DNA from: Eledone cirrhosa
Taxonomy: Eukaryota
Assembly (NCBI GenBank): GCA_964016885.1
Contig: OZ024751.1
Location: forward strand, 16,864,001 to 16,928,000
Direction: 5' to 3'
DNA length: 64,000 nucleotides
In this document: positions 44,090-59,725 of the stretch, piece after piece
Numbering within the stretch: the stretch's first letter is position 1
How the letters are laid out: each line of letters starts with the position of its first letter
Position numbers and translations under genes: made by a program
The notes under the pieces: model-generated
Told to the model about the DNA's origin: nothing
Databases searched by the model: none
Seen by the model: the letters and a program-made list of their open reading frames with translations, nothing else

Positions 44090-44962
44090 TTGCAGAATTG
44101 GTAGAGCTTCGAACACCATGCTTTGCAGTATAGAGTTATAGCTCTTTATGATCTGTGTTCTAATCCCGCCGAGGTTAACTTTGCCTTTCATCATTACGGG
44201 GTCGATAAAATAAAGTACCAGTCATGCACTGGGGTCGATTTAATCGACTTTCCTCTCCCCCAAAATTGCTGGCCTCATGCCTATATAAGAAACCATTATT
44301 ACCCTGACCTGGCAGAATTGGTAGAGCGTCGAACAAGATACTTTGCAACCCATTACGATCTGAGTTCAAATTCCGCCGAGGTTAACTTTTCCTTACATCC
44401 TTACTTGGTCGATAACATAAAGTACCAGTCACACACTGGGGTCGAATTTATCGACTCTCTTCTTCCCAAAATTAGTTGGCTTTGAGCCAAAATCAGAAAC
44501 CATTACTACTATGGATTGATAGGATTGCTAGAGCATCGAACAACATGCTTTCCAGCAGAGCTACGTCCCTGTATGGTCTGAGTTCAAATCCCGCCGAGGT
44601 TAACTTTTTCTTCCATCCGTACGGGGTCGATAAAATAAAGTACCAGTAATGCACTGGGTCGATTTAATCGACTTTCACTTCTCCCCAAATTGCTGCCCTT
44701 GTGACCGGAGTAGAAAACATTGTTATAAATATTATGGCGTCGAATTAGCAGAATCGTTATTGTCTCATATTAAATGCATTGCATTAGGGCATCATATTAA
44801 ATGCATCGCATTAGGGTATCATAAACATGGATCGCGTTAGGGCGTTATATGAAATGCATCGCGTTAAGGCATCACATGTAATGCATCTCGTTAGGGCATC
44901 TTACGAAATGCATAGCTCTGTGTTCAAATCCTGGCAACGTAACCTTTATCTTTTATCCTTCG
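44090..44962 (+). mobile_element. Four head-to-tail tRNA-SINE copies
   Basis: Copies start at about 44090, 44310, 44512 and 44736; the last has an internal 27-bp amplification. Confidence 0.85.
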
Positions 44963-45379
44963 TCTATTCAAATATGTAATTGGTTTAACAAAGTAATCCA
45001 TAGCAAACCGACAGATAATTCATGGGAAGTGTTTCACACAAACAGATTGTAGAACTACCAATAATGCGTCTGATAATCTACACAATTGACTTCCATCCCA
45101 TTTACGGTTAATAACTGAAACATTGTTTAAACAATCGATAAAGAAATTCAATAATTGCTATCTATTGAAGGTCACGTTTATTTACGATTAAATTATTTTT
45201 TTGTGAATTTTTTTAATTTTGTTTGCTTGAGAGCGAAAAACATGCAATGCGTGATACTGGGTGTGTATTCTTGAAGATATGAATGTGTGTATGTGTTTAT
45301 ATATATATGTGTGTATACATGTGTGTGTATGTGTGTATATAGATGTGTGTGTGTATATATATATATGTGTGTGTGTGTG

Positions 45380-45412
<33 letters not shown>

Positions 45413-45867
45413 ATAGGGAAAAAATAATCAAGATTTGATGATGGACTTAATAATGTTTTATATATGCAAATTTATATTTCACAACGAACAGAAACTGGTT
45501 CATACAAACAACATAGGATTAGATGGCTTTGCAGCAAAATTAATAATTATCTAATTAGTTTTTGTACTAATTGGCTTCACTTTCCGCAGCTTTTGAATAC
45601 TTCATTTTAATATGTACTTGTGCTGATTATATATTGCACACTGCAACTCATGAAACGTAGATACAACCACAGCACAAGTTAAAATGTAAGTTTGATATGC
45701 TACTACTATCGAAACCGGTTAATAAAGAATTAATTCGATAATTGTTATTTTGGCATGCTTGCATATCAATAAACGAGTACATTTTATTGTCTATAAACCA
45801 ATTTCTTTTCCTTGTGTGCTCTAAAGTTGCATGTATATATAAAAAAGGAACATACGCTACATGTTTA

Positions 45868-45982
45868 TGTCCCTTTATGATCTGAGTTCAAATCCCGCCG
45901 AGGTTAACTTTGCCTTTCATTCTTACGGGGTCGATAAAATAAAGTACCCGTAACGCACTGGGTAATTACTGGCCTTGTGCCT
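45868..45982 (+). mobile_element. 5'-truncated tRNA-SINE
   Basis: gtccctttatgatctgagttcaaatcccgccgagg...ggccttgtgcc. Confidence 0.9.
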
Positions 45983-45984
45983 TT

Positions 45985-46830
45985 TAATGGGCTTTCTCCA
46001 CAAATGTCCCTCGGAAGTCTCCCCCCCCCCCTATAGGTGAATTTTTCATTGTTATTTTTTTTGTTGCATCCTCTGTTTTTGTTTTTTACACGCAGAAATG
46101 CCCATTTGTACCGTCCTGTATTGTCCTGTACTGTCCTTAATGTCTACTTTATGTAAACCCTTGTGGTTAATAAAGAAAGCAATATTATTATTATTCATTA
46201 CAGACTTGTGGAGTTATATCGAACAGCAATTGTCGCGTGTAGAACGGATCCGGCTATCGGCCGAGTCCATAGTGAAGATCGATCCGCCGCTTTCCTTTGG
46301 CCAGGAAGAGCAGGAAATGTTCCTGTGTCTGGTGGCAGTTGCGAAAGAAGTTATATGAAGGACCAGATTGAAAGGACTGAAGATGGACACTTTTCTCTTC
46401 GGCCAATCCCTCATCAACTTCAAGTTTCACCTGGAAAGAAGGAGAGGATGGAGAGAGAAGTGTTGTCCTCCAGTACATTTGCTAAAAGGTGGATGAATGT
46501 GGCGAGAATGGCCCTTGTGAATGGCCCCCTCTGACTATGCGCCTATAGGCTAGTTAATTTGAGGAGGAGAGGGGAGCTCTCCCCGGGTACCCTATAAGCG
46601 CAAGGTGGTTCAGGATTGGTGGGGAACCTAAGTCACCCCTGGTTCGTCCACCCCCTCACGCCCTACAGGGGGATTTATTTTGTTATATTTTTTATATCTT
46701 CATTGTTAAATTAGTTTTGCCATTGTTCACTTTTACTCGACCTTATTGTAAACCCCCACTGTCTCTGTCTTTATATTGTCCCCTACACGTCGGCCCTTGT
46801 GGCCAATAAATGAAATCATTATTATTATTG
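45985..46830 (+). mobile_element. Two tandem L1/Tx1 3' fragments
   Basis: 45985-46200 is a 3' UTR. 46200-46830 encodes DLWSYIEQQLSRV...KRWMNVARM (homologous to 14413-14784) and ends ggcccttgtggccaataaatgaaatc(att)n. Confidence 0.85.
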
Positions 46831-47230
46831 TGGATTGGCAGTATCAGTGGAGGGTCGGACGCCATGCTTTCCAGCATAGTTACGTCCCTTTACGATCTGA
46901 GTTCAAATCCCGCCGAGGTTAACTTTGCCTTTTATCCTTACGGGGTCGATAAAATAAAGTACCAGTAATGCACTGGTTAATTGCTGGCCTTGTGCCTAAA
47001 GTAGAAACAATTATTATTATTATTATGGGCGGTGGATTGGCAGTACCGGTAGAGGGTCGGACGCCATGCTTTGACGCATAAAGTTACGGCCCTTGACATT
47101 CTGAGTTCAAATCCCGCCGAGGTTAACTTTGCCTTTCATCCTTACGGGGTCGATAAAATAAAGTACGAGTAATGCACTGGGTAATTGCTGGCCTTGTGCC
47201 TAAAGTAGAAACAATTATTATTATTATTAG
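46830..47230 (+). mobile_element. Two tandem young tRNA-SINEs with (ATT)n tails
   Basis: Near-consensus copies at 46830-47025 and 47027-47230. Confidence 0.93.
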
Positions 47231-47471
47231 TTTTCATATATATATATCACAAATGAAAATTGCAGTAAACACAAATTAATAATGAATACAAACACCAAAC
47301 TCCAGAGAAGTCACGAAAAACGTAACGCGCACACACGCATATATATACACACATATGTGTGTGTATATAATAGTATATAAAACTGATGAGCCAATATTTA
47401 TTACTCGGACAGACTAAAAGTTGAAATAAAAAATGTTTATTTAAACACACACACAAACTTAATTTGTGCGC

Positions 47472-47513
<42 letters not shown>

Positions 47514-47696
47514 TATTAAAATAATGAATAAACAAAGAAACAGTTCCTTATATTAAAAAAATTCATTATTTTACGATCGTTTCTAGGATATATATGTGTT
47601 AGAGTTGGTATGCATATTCTATAGATCTATGTACAATATTTATACAAACTATCAGAGGGAATATACATACCTACACATATATATGCTGTCTTCAGA

Positions 47697-47738
<42 letters not shown>

Positions 47739-48452
47739 GTAATAATAAATGTGAATACTAAACTCCAAAGAGGGCTCGATAAGGATTATAAGTGCAAATC
47801 TGCGGGTGTGCCTGTATGAAGGTGCGCATACAATAGAGTATATGTATAAGCATATTATCATGAACCATATTAATACTAGATGATAAAGCGTGTGATCCTT
47901 AAATACTTTAATGCTAGTATAAGCAACGACAAATAGGCCATATTATATGTTAGTCAATTGTTTAATGTTCGAGGTGTGAATTAAAAAGGATATTAGTCGA
48001 ACTAATATTACACTAGTATTTCTGTCCACGGATTAAAGAATATCTTCGTTTTCAAAAGATCTCGAGAAACCGAAAAAAGGTGAAAGCAAAAATTGTTTGC
48101 TTAAAATGTTAATTATTTATATATATGTATATATATGTATGTATATATATATTTGTATATGTATGTATATATATATATGTTTATATATATTTGTATATTT
48201 TTATATATGTATATGTATGTTTGTATATATATATATATATGTATGTATATATATGTATATGTATGTTTGTATATATATATATATATGTATGTATATGTAT
48301 GTATATGTATATATATGTATATATAATGTAGGAGGTGAGTTTTATTGTAGTACAATAAAGCAATGCAGATATCGGATAAGAAGCACTCTACAGTTTGTGG
48401 GACTGGAGTATGCATAATATAAGATCAAAAGATGGTTAAAGGAGTTCCATAT

Positions 48453-48521
48453 ATTTTATTATGCGCATTTCAAAAACAAACATCATCAAGCAATAATATT
48501 TGTGTTTTCATCAGATAAAAC
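48453..48521 (-). ncRNA. Minimal type I hammerhead (family 2), intact
   Basis: Exact reverse complement of the 39404-39472 motif. Confidence 0.8.
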
Positions 48522-49153
48522 AGGAGAACATGACATGAAGGCCAAAAAACACCCGTGGATAGTGCAGTCTCAAATCAACATTTCTTCTTTTGACGTTAGA
48601 ATATTCACCCACAATTATTATTTTTTTCTCTCTATCTTCATACATAATTTCCCTTCGTTAATTTTCAAATTCCTTTAATTTATACATTATCTTCCAACGG
48701 TTCCCAACCTCTCTATATTAAAACAATATATCTTTTTCTCAGTTATAAAAACTATCTCTTTCTCTCTATCACCCATCTCTCCCTCTCCACCTTCACTCTC
48801 ATCTCCTCCCCCTTTTTTTCATCCTTTCCAACCCCCCTCCCTAAATAAAATATGTTTTCCTCGCACATATCCTCCCTTCATTAATTTTCAAAATTTTTAG
48901 TTTATACAGTATCTTCCAACGGTTTTCAACCCCTCTATGTAAAAAATATATCTCCTCTCAGTTATAAAAACTATCTCTTTCTCTCTATCACGCATCTCTC
49001 CCTCTCATCTCCTTCCCTTTTCATCCTTCCCCCCCCCTCTCTAAATAAAATATTTTTCCCAATATCACACATCAATCTAAAACCACTTTTCATATGTTGA
49101 TTTGAGACTGCACTATCCACGGGTGTTTTTTGGCCTTCATGTCATGTTCTCCT

Positions 49154-49222
49154 GTTTTATCTGATGAAAACACAAATATTATTGCTTGATGATGTTTGTT
49201 TTTGAAATGCGCTTAATAAAAT
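49154..49222 (+). ncRNA. Minimal type I hammerhead (family 2), helix III palindrome mutated
   Basis: Same motif but GAAATGCGCTTA (A>T at 49213). Confidence 0.7.
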
Positions 49223-49668
49223 ATATGGAACTCCTTTAACCATCTTTTGATCTTATATTATATGTATATATATGTATATATATGTATATATATGTATATA
49301 TATGTATATATATGTATATATATATATGTATGTGTATATATATGTATATATATATATGTATGTGTATATATATGTATATATATGTATATATATATATATA
49401 TGTATGTGTATATATATGTATATATATGTATATATATATATATGTATGTGTATATATATGTATATATATGTATATATATATGTATGTGTATATATATGTA
49501 TATATGTATATATATATGTATGTGTATATATATGTATATATGTATATATATGTATATGTGTATATGTGTATATATGTATATATATGTATCTTTCAAACCA
49601 GTTCCTGTACACAGCTAAGTATTCTATAAGTCTCTAGCTGTGTCATTCTCGATAAAAGCACTGGATAT

Positions 49669-49711
49669 GTAGTCCTGAAGATTTCTAATAAGAATGAAAC
49701 GCGTAGATTAC
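49669..49711 (+). ncRNA. Minimal type I hammerhead ribozyme (family 1), copy 1
   Basis: GTAGTC-CTGAAGA-tTTCT aata AGAAt-GAAA-CGCG-TA-GATTAC. Helix I GTAGTC/GATTAC, palindrome ACGCGT, predicted cleavage after GUA at 49705. Confidence 0.85.
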
Positions 49712-49978
49712 TTCCCTTGCTTTTATCGAGAATCTAATTGTAATACGTGACGTATTCTATTCTATAGCGATTAGGTCTTCAAAATGTTTATTATAAACAT
49801 ACAGAATATTTTCGAATATTCTATGTCTATATTCACATATATATCGCTATTTCAGAGCATTTATTCCAATTTCTAATTTCTGCCGGACCGGCAACCGCTC
49901 TTTCAAACCAGTTCCTGTACACAGCTAAGTATTCTATAAGTCTCTAGCTGTGTCATTCTCGATAAAAGCACTGGATAT

Positions 49979-50021
49979 GTAGTCCTGAAGATTTCTAATA
50001 AGAATGAAACGCGTAGATTAC
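49979..50021 (+). ncRNA. Hammerhead family 1, copy 2
   Basis: Identical to copy 1, +310. Confidence 0.85.
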
Positions 50022-50288
50022 TTCCCTTGCTTTTATCGAGAATCTAATTGTAATACGTGACGTATTCTATTCTATAGCGATTAGGTCTTCAAAATGTTTA
50101 TTATAAACATACAGAATATTTTCGAATATTCTATGTCTATATTCACATATATATCGCTATTTCAGAGCATTTATTCCAATTTCTAATTTCTGCCGGACCG
50201 GCAACCGCTCTTTCAAACCAGTTCCTGTACACAGCTAAGTATTCTATAAGTCTCTAGCTGTGTCATTCTCGATAAAAGCACTGGATAT

Positions 50289-50331
50289 GTAGTCCTGAAG
50301 ATTTCTAATAAGAATGAAACGCGTAGATTAC
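50289..50331 (+). ncRNA. Hammerhead family 1, copy 3
   Basis: Identical to copy 1, +620. Confidence 0.85.
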
Positions 50332-50455
50332 TTCCCTTGCTTTTATCGAGAATCTAATTGTAATACGTGACGTATTCTATTCTATAGCGATTAGGTCTTC
50401 AAAATGTTTATTATAAACATACAGAATATTTTCGAATATTCTATGTCTATATTCA

Positions 50456-53199
50456 TATATATATATATATATACACGTATATGTATATATGTGTATATAT
50501 ATATATCTATATATATATATATATGTGTATGTATATGTATATATGTGTATATATATATCTATATATATGTGTGTATATATATATGTGTGTATATATATGT
50601 GTGTATATATGTATATATATATATGTGTGTATATATATATATGTGTGTATATATATATATGTATGTATATGTATATATATGTGTGTATATATATGTATGT
50701 ATATGTATGTATATGTGTATATATATATATGTATGTATATGTATATATGTGTATATATATGTGTATATGTATATATGTGTATATGTGTATGTATATGTAT
50801 ATGTGTATGTATATATATGTATATGAATATGTGTATGTATATGTATATATGTGTATATATATGTATATGTATATATGTGTATATATGTATATGTATATAT
50901 GTGTATATATATGTGTATGTATATGTGTATATGTGTATATATATGTATATATGTGTATATATATGTATATATGTGTATATATGTGCATATATATGCGTAT
51001 ATATATATGTGTATATATATGTGTATGTGCATATATATGCGTATATATATATGTGTATATATATGTGTATGTGCATATATATATATATATATATGTGTAT
51101 ATATATGTGTATGTGTATATATATATATATATACATGTATACATATGTATATATGTGTGTGTATATATGTGTGTATATGTGTGTATATATGTATGTGTAT
51201 ATATGTGTGTATATATGTATATGTATATATGTGTGTATATATGTATATGTATATATGTGTGTATATATGTATATGTATATATGTGTGTATATATGTATAT
51301 GTATATATGTGTGTATATATGTATATGTATATATGTGTGTATATATGTATATATATATATGTGTGTATATATGTATATATATATATGTGTGTGTATATAT
51401 GTATATATATATGTGTGTATATATGTATATATATATATATGTGTGTATATATGTATATATATATATGTGTGTATATATATATATGTGTGTATATATGTAT
51501 ATGTGTATATATGTATATATATATATGTGTATATATGTATGTATATATATATATGTGTATATATGTATGTATATATATATATGTGTATATATCTATATAT
51601 ATATATATATGTGTATATATGTATATATATATATATATGTATATATGTATATATATATATATATGTGTATATATGTATATATATATATATGTGTATATAT
51701 GTATATATATATATATGTGTATATATGTATATATATATATATGTGCATATATGTATATATATATATGTGTGTATATATGTATATATATATATGTGTGTAT
51801 ATATGTATATATATATATGTGTGTATATATGTATATATATGTGTATATATGTATATATATATGTGTGTATATATATATATGTGTGTATATATATATATAT
51901 GTGTGTATATATGCATATATATATGTGTCTGTATATATGTATATATATATGTGTGTGTATATATGTTTATATATATATATGTGTGTGTATATATGTTTAT
52001 ATATATATATGTGTGTGTATATATGTTTATATATATATGTGTGTGTATATATGTATATATATATATGTGTGTGTATATATGTATATATATATGTGTATAT
52101 ATGTATATATATATATATATGTGTGTGTATATATGTATATATATATATATATGTGTGTATATATGTATATATATATACGTGTGTGTATATATGTATATAT
52201 ATATACGTGTGTGTATATATGTATATATATATACGTGTGTGTATATATGTATATATATATACGTGTGTATATATGTATATATATATATATATGTGTGTAT
52301 ATATGTATATATATATACGTGTGTGTATATATGTATATATACGTGTGTGTATATATGTATATATATATATATATATGTGTGTGTATATATGTATATATAT
52401 ATATGTGTGTGTGTATATATGTATATATATATATATATGTGTGTATATATGTATATATATATATATGTGTGTGTATATATGTATATATATATATATGTGT
52501 GTGTATATATGTATATATATATATATGTGTGTGTATATATGTATATATATATATGTGTGTGTATATATGTATATATATATATATATGTGTGTGTATATAT
52601 GTATATATATACATGTGTGTGTATATATGTATATATATACATGTGTGTGTATATATGTATATATATACATGTGTGTGTATATATGTATATATATACATGT
52701 GTGTGTATATATGTATATATATACATGTGTGTGTATATATGTATATATATACATGTGTGTGTATATATGTATATATATATATATGTGTGTGTATATATGT
52801 ATATATATATATATGTGTGTGTATATATGTATATATATATATATGTGTGTGTATATATGTATATATATATATATGTGTGTGTGTATATATGTATATATAT
52901 ATATATGTGTGTGTGTATATATGTATATATATGTGTGTGTATATATGTATATATATATATATATGTGTGTATATATGTATATATATATATATGTGTGTGT
53001 ATATATGTATATATATATATGTGTGTGTATATATGTATATATATATATGTGTGTGTATATATGTATATATATATATGTGTGTGTGTATATGTATATATAT
53101 ATATATATATGTGTGTGTATATATTTATATATATATGTGTGTGTATATATGTATATATATATATATATGTGTGTGTATATATGTATCTATATATATATA
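50456..53199. repeat. 2.7-kb (TA)n/(TG)n satellite
   Basis: Directly visible. Confidence 0.96.
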
Positions 53200-54169
53200 A
53201 AGGGAGTGTGGGGGCAAGAGAGATGTTCAAATGAATATAAACTTTGTTTCTCTATACTGTATTTAATGACTTTACGTTTCATATCAACGCCGCCCTCTCC
53301 ATAAAATCCATCAATAAGCAATCACTTTTAAGTCAAGTTCACCACGAATCATTTCATTTCTGATCAACACTCACAGACAACTCATCACTTCAAAGCATTT
53401 ACTGATCTAAACTTTCCGTCAAATCTATTTCACATCTCCTTACAGTGTAATACCATATATTTAGTGTAGCAACTAATACACACATATACACCCTCTTCAA
53501 CTATTATTTCATGACTGAAACTTACTTTTAGGTATGTAATAAAACCCACCTATTTACATTCGTATTCATATATACAGATATACATACTTACTTACTTACA
53601 TATATACGTATATACGTATAAACATACGTAATATATATATATACATACGTACATACATACTTTCATACATACTTTCATACATATATACGTACGTACATAC
53701 ATAAACATACGTACATACATAAATCCTTGTTAATCATAGTTATTCTTATATATATGTAAAAAAACACATTGATCTTTAAAAATCCTCTTTACTTTTATAT
53801 AGTTTTATATTGTTGTATCATCAACTCATTTATACTTGTTTATTACTGATTCTTTGTTTTGAGCTTATGAATAATTCTGGCCAAGATACTAAACAAGGTT
53901 TGCCTTGCAATGTCCCATAAATGTTTTCCAGAGCGAGAAAAAAAAACTATTTGAAATACTTTACCAACAGCATTAGTTCTTTTATCCGAAGAGTGCGATG
54001 GGTGATTTTTCATTACAAAAGGAAAAAAAACGACTACAAGGACAATAACAACTGCCAGCCCCTATACATTTTGATTTCGGATGTGTAAGAACCGACCTCA
54101 TAATGCTATGTTGGGTAATTTTGAAAATCATCTGTTCAATATTAAAGCTCATAATAATTAACACAGCAC

Positions 54170-54425
54170 CGATACTATGGACATGTAGTTAGAATGTCTC
54201 GGGAAAGAATCGCTGGACAGATTTTACGGACAAAATCAACCGGCAGGAGACCCAGGGGGATACACCGAGCAATATGTTTGGATATTATCCATGAGCTTGG
54301 ATAGACTCGCTTGGGGATCCAGCCAAAAGTGTTGGAGACGTTTGCTTCTGAAAGGACCTGCTCGAAGGATTGTTTCAAAACTCTTCCCCGCGATCCTCTC
54401 AGAAATAAGTGGGCGAAGAAGATGT
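54170..54425 (+). mobile_element. Expander/Rex3-like RTE 3' fragment
   Basis: RYYGHVVRMSRERIAGQIL...GRRPRG; homologous to 62738-63000. Confidence 0.8.
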
Positions 54426-55159
54426 ATATATGTATATATGTGTATGTATATATATATATATATATGTTTGTGTGCATGTGTGTATATATATATACAGAGG
54501 TTAAGGAGGCAATATATATATATATATTGCCTCCTTAACCTCTGTATTAACTTGCCGATTATATTGCTACTCTGTTAATGCTGTCTTATACATGTATGAT
54601 AGTGAGGATGAGAAAGCTAGACAAACCTTTCATCTATTAGAGACCACACAAATCTCACCACGGTGATAAATTCTTCATCTGTCGGATAATAAGCGACTCT
54701 TGAGGCCACCTGACCTACATTGTTTAAAGACACCGGCTTATCTTTACACTAGATATAATACACCCCAATTTTATACATCTGCCTCATGTCAGCTAGTTTT
54801 ACACGCTAAAATCGTAGATATACTATACTTCCCACCTAGATTGATGTTGTGATTATTTCAAATAATTTATTGCTAGCATTGTTAGTATTGTTGTTATTGT
54901 TCTGATTGAATACCATTACTACTATATATAGTAGCCAGGCCTGTATATTCTTTCAATTCTCACAAGCTCCGATGAACTGACTGGTTATAACTTTGTATTG
55001 GTGAGCGAATGACGTGAAAATAAGCGGGTAGCGATCTCTAGACCTACCAGTTCAGAGAAGCAATAGTCAGCAATGAGATGAACAACCTTTTTTGTATAGA
55101 AAACCGTGTCACTCTTCTTTCCTGATATATATATATAGAGAGGGAGAGAGAGAGAGAGA

Positions 55160-57322
<2,163 letters not shown>

Positions 57323-59725
57323 TAACTTTGAATAACTTTGAAATGTTTTGGCCAGTATTGGCCCAGGCCATGTCTAATTTAATAGCACCACCTGGCGAAG
57401 TCTTTCAATTCAGGATTTGGGCACCATGGCCCATTCGAGAAGAGAATTACTGTTTGCGGAGACATATCCGGGTGTGGGTGGTTTGTCCGGGATTACTTGG
57501 AGGGATTTGTCCAAAGACTTCTTGAATTTTGTGTGGTCAGTTTCTGTTTGACGTGTCCTGGTGTGATGTTGAAGAGAGCAGGGCCGATTGAGGTGAAATA
57601 ATTGGGCCGTATTGTTGTTATGAGTTGCGATTTAGATTTTTGAATGGGACGGATAGCACGGGGCCCAAGCCTTGGGTGTATCTTGAAGGCGATGCCAACA
57701 TCATTTGGGCAGTGATGATGGAACATTTTCCACATCATGCAGATAATATAACGCTCACGGCGACGTTGGAGTGAGTAAAGTTTCAGGTTTTCTAGTCGAC
57801 CCCAGTAGTCAAGGTCTGACATGCCATCTATCTTTTTCGTGATTGCCCTTTGAGGAGCTTCAAGTTTCATGATACTTTGTTTCGTGTGGGGAGACCACAG
57901 TGGACAACAGTATTCAAGGTGTGGTCGGGCAAAAGTAGAGAAGAGAAGGATAATGGTGTGGGAATCTCTCGACTGAAAGGTTCTGAGGATCCAGGAACAC
58001 ATTCTGCGGGCCATGTCAACTTTGCTGCTTATATGCGTGGCCCAGCTTATGTTGCTGTCCACGGTTACTCCCAAGTCTCTGATGTTGTTAGATGCCACGA
58101 GAGTTTCCCCGGAAGGAAGGGAGTACGGGAGTTTCAGAGCATCCTCTTTTCCAAAGTGGATCAGTCCGAATTTGTCTTCGTTCAGTAACATGTTGTTCTT
58201 TTCCGCCCATTTGGTAACAGCCAGTAGGTCTGACTGAAGGCTTATCCGGTCATCCACGCCATTGATGACCCTTTGGAGCTTGGAATCATCAGCGAAAATT
58301 TTAATGTTGCTGTGTTTGATGATGTCAGTGATGTCATTAATATAGATGATGAAGAGAAGTGGGCCTAACACAGTGCCTTGTGGGACCCCACTACTGACTT
58401 TGGCTGGGCTGGATTTGACTCCCTCAACTACAACATGTTGGGTTATATTTGACAGGAAGCTCTTGATCCACTGCAGCAGCTTTCCAGTGACACCAATATT
58501 GGACAGCTTTCTCAGTAGAATGTTATGATCAACCCTGTCAAAGGCCTTGCTGAAATCAAGGTAGATAACATCAGTGTTGGAACCCTCTCTCAAGGCTCTC
58601 AAAATGTCATCAAAGTGATGCAGTAGCTGCGTCAGGCAATCCCTTCCATTACGGAATCCATGCTGGTTGGAGTTCAGCATATTGTTACTCTCAAGGAAGT
58701 GGGTTATTCGCGATCTCACCACTCTCTCAAATACCTTAATGATATGAGAGGTGAGTGAGATTGGACGGTAATTCACGGCAAGGGATTTGTTTCCCTTTTT
58801 GAAAACTGGGACAACAGACTGGGATAGAAGGTTTTCTGGCACATATCCAGCATCCAGTGAGTTCCGCCACAGATTGGCAAGAGGAGATGCAAGTTGGTGT
58901 TGACACGCCTTCAAGACACAAGCAGGGAACCTATCGGGACCTACTGTTGAATTATGCTTGATTTCCTTTATTGCCGCTAAGACATCAAGGGCGCCAAACG
59001 TTATGTCCGATAAGGTGTAATGGGGAGTAACATCGCCGATACAGCCCAGATCGGCCATATCAGGATTGCTGAAAACAGAGCAGTATTGTTTCTGCAGTAT
59101 CTCACCCATGGTTTTAGCATTGTCTTGAAGAGTGCCATTTTCATCAATTAGAGGGCCAACAGTAGAGCCAGTGATTTTGTGTTTTTTTGCAAATGAAAAG
59201 AACACTTTGGGATTGAGTTTGATCTTCTCAATGGCCCAGGCCTCTTCAGCTCTTCTCTGATTGTTGATGAGGGATATTATGGTGTTTTGGAGGTTATGTT
59301 TTTTAATCTCTAGTGATGAAATGGCAGTCAAGTTGATGTGTTGCTGCTGACAGTATTTCAGCTTGTTGATTTTTTTGTTCGTTCTCTTAATTTTTCTGAT
59401 GAGCGTTTTTCTATTTCTAGGGATTCTGCTCTTAGATTTGTTTATAGTTTCTTAATGGGGTGTGTGTTGCACATATGTTTGTAACAGTGTCCACAAATGT
59501 CTGCCAGGACTTTTTGATGTTAGTGGGTGTATGAGTGTGCGTGAAGGACCAGTCGACATGTGCAAGATCATGACTGATCGCTTCCCAGTTTGCATTGTGG
59601 AAATCCATAGCGTCAAGCGGATGGACAGGAGAGATGACATTGGGTTTGTATATTGGACGGTGGAATCTCAGATCACAGAGAACCATGTCATGATCAGAGA
59701 GTAGAGTTTTCTCCACTGCAACATT
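57323..59725 (-). mobile_element. CR1-clade LINE (same family as 35700-37420), running into the assembly gap
   Basis: ORF 57493-59331 is near-identical to the other copy, with a frameshift near the C-terminus. The SDHDMV end of the APE lies at about 59690. Same 3' tail in (TA)n. Confidence 0.93.

Larger units (their letters stand above)
48326..49260. mobile_element. Penelope-like element with about 165-bp inverted pLTRs, each carrying a family-2 hammerhead
   Basis: 48414-48581 is the reverse complement of 49094-49260. The spacer holds an internal direct repeat offset by about 223 bp (48651 vs 48874). Confidence 0.78.
49589..50455 (+). mobile_element. 310-bp tandem array (2.8 units) with one hammerhead per unit; retrozyme-like
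   Basis: Exact 310-bp period (attctataag at 49621, 49931, 50241); flanked by TA/TG microsatellites; no meaningful ORF. Confidence 0.85.
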
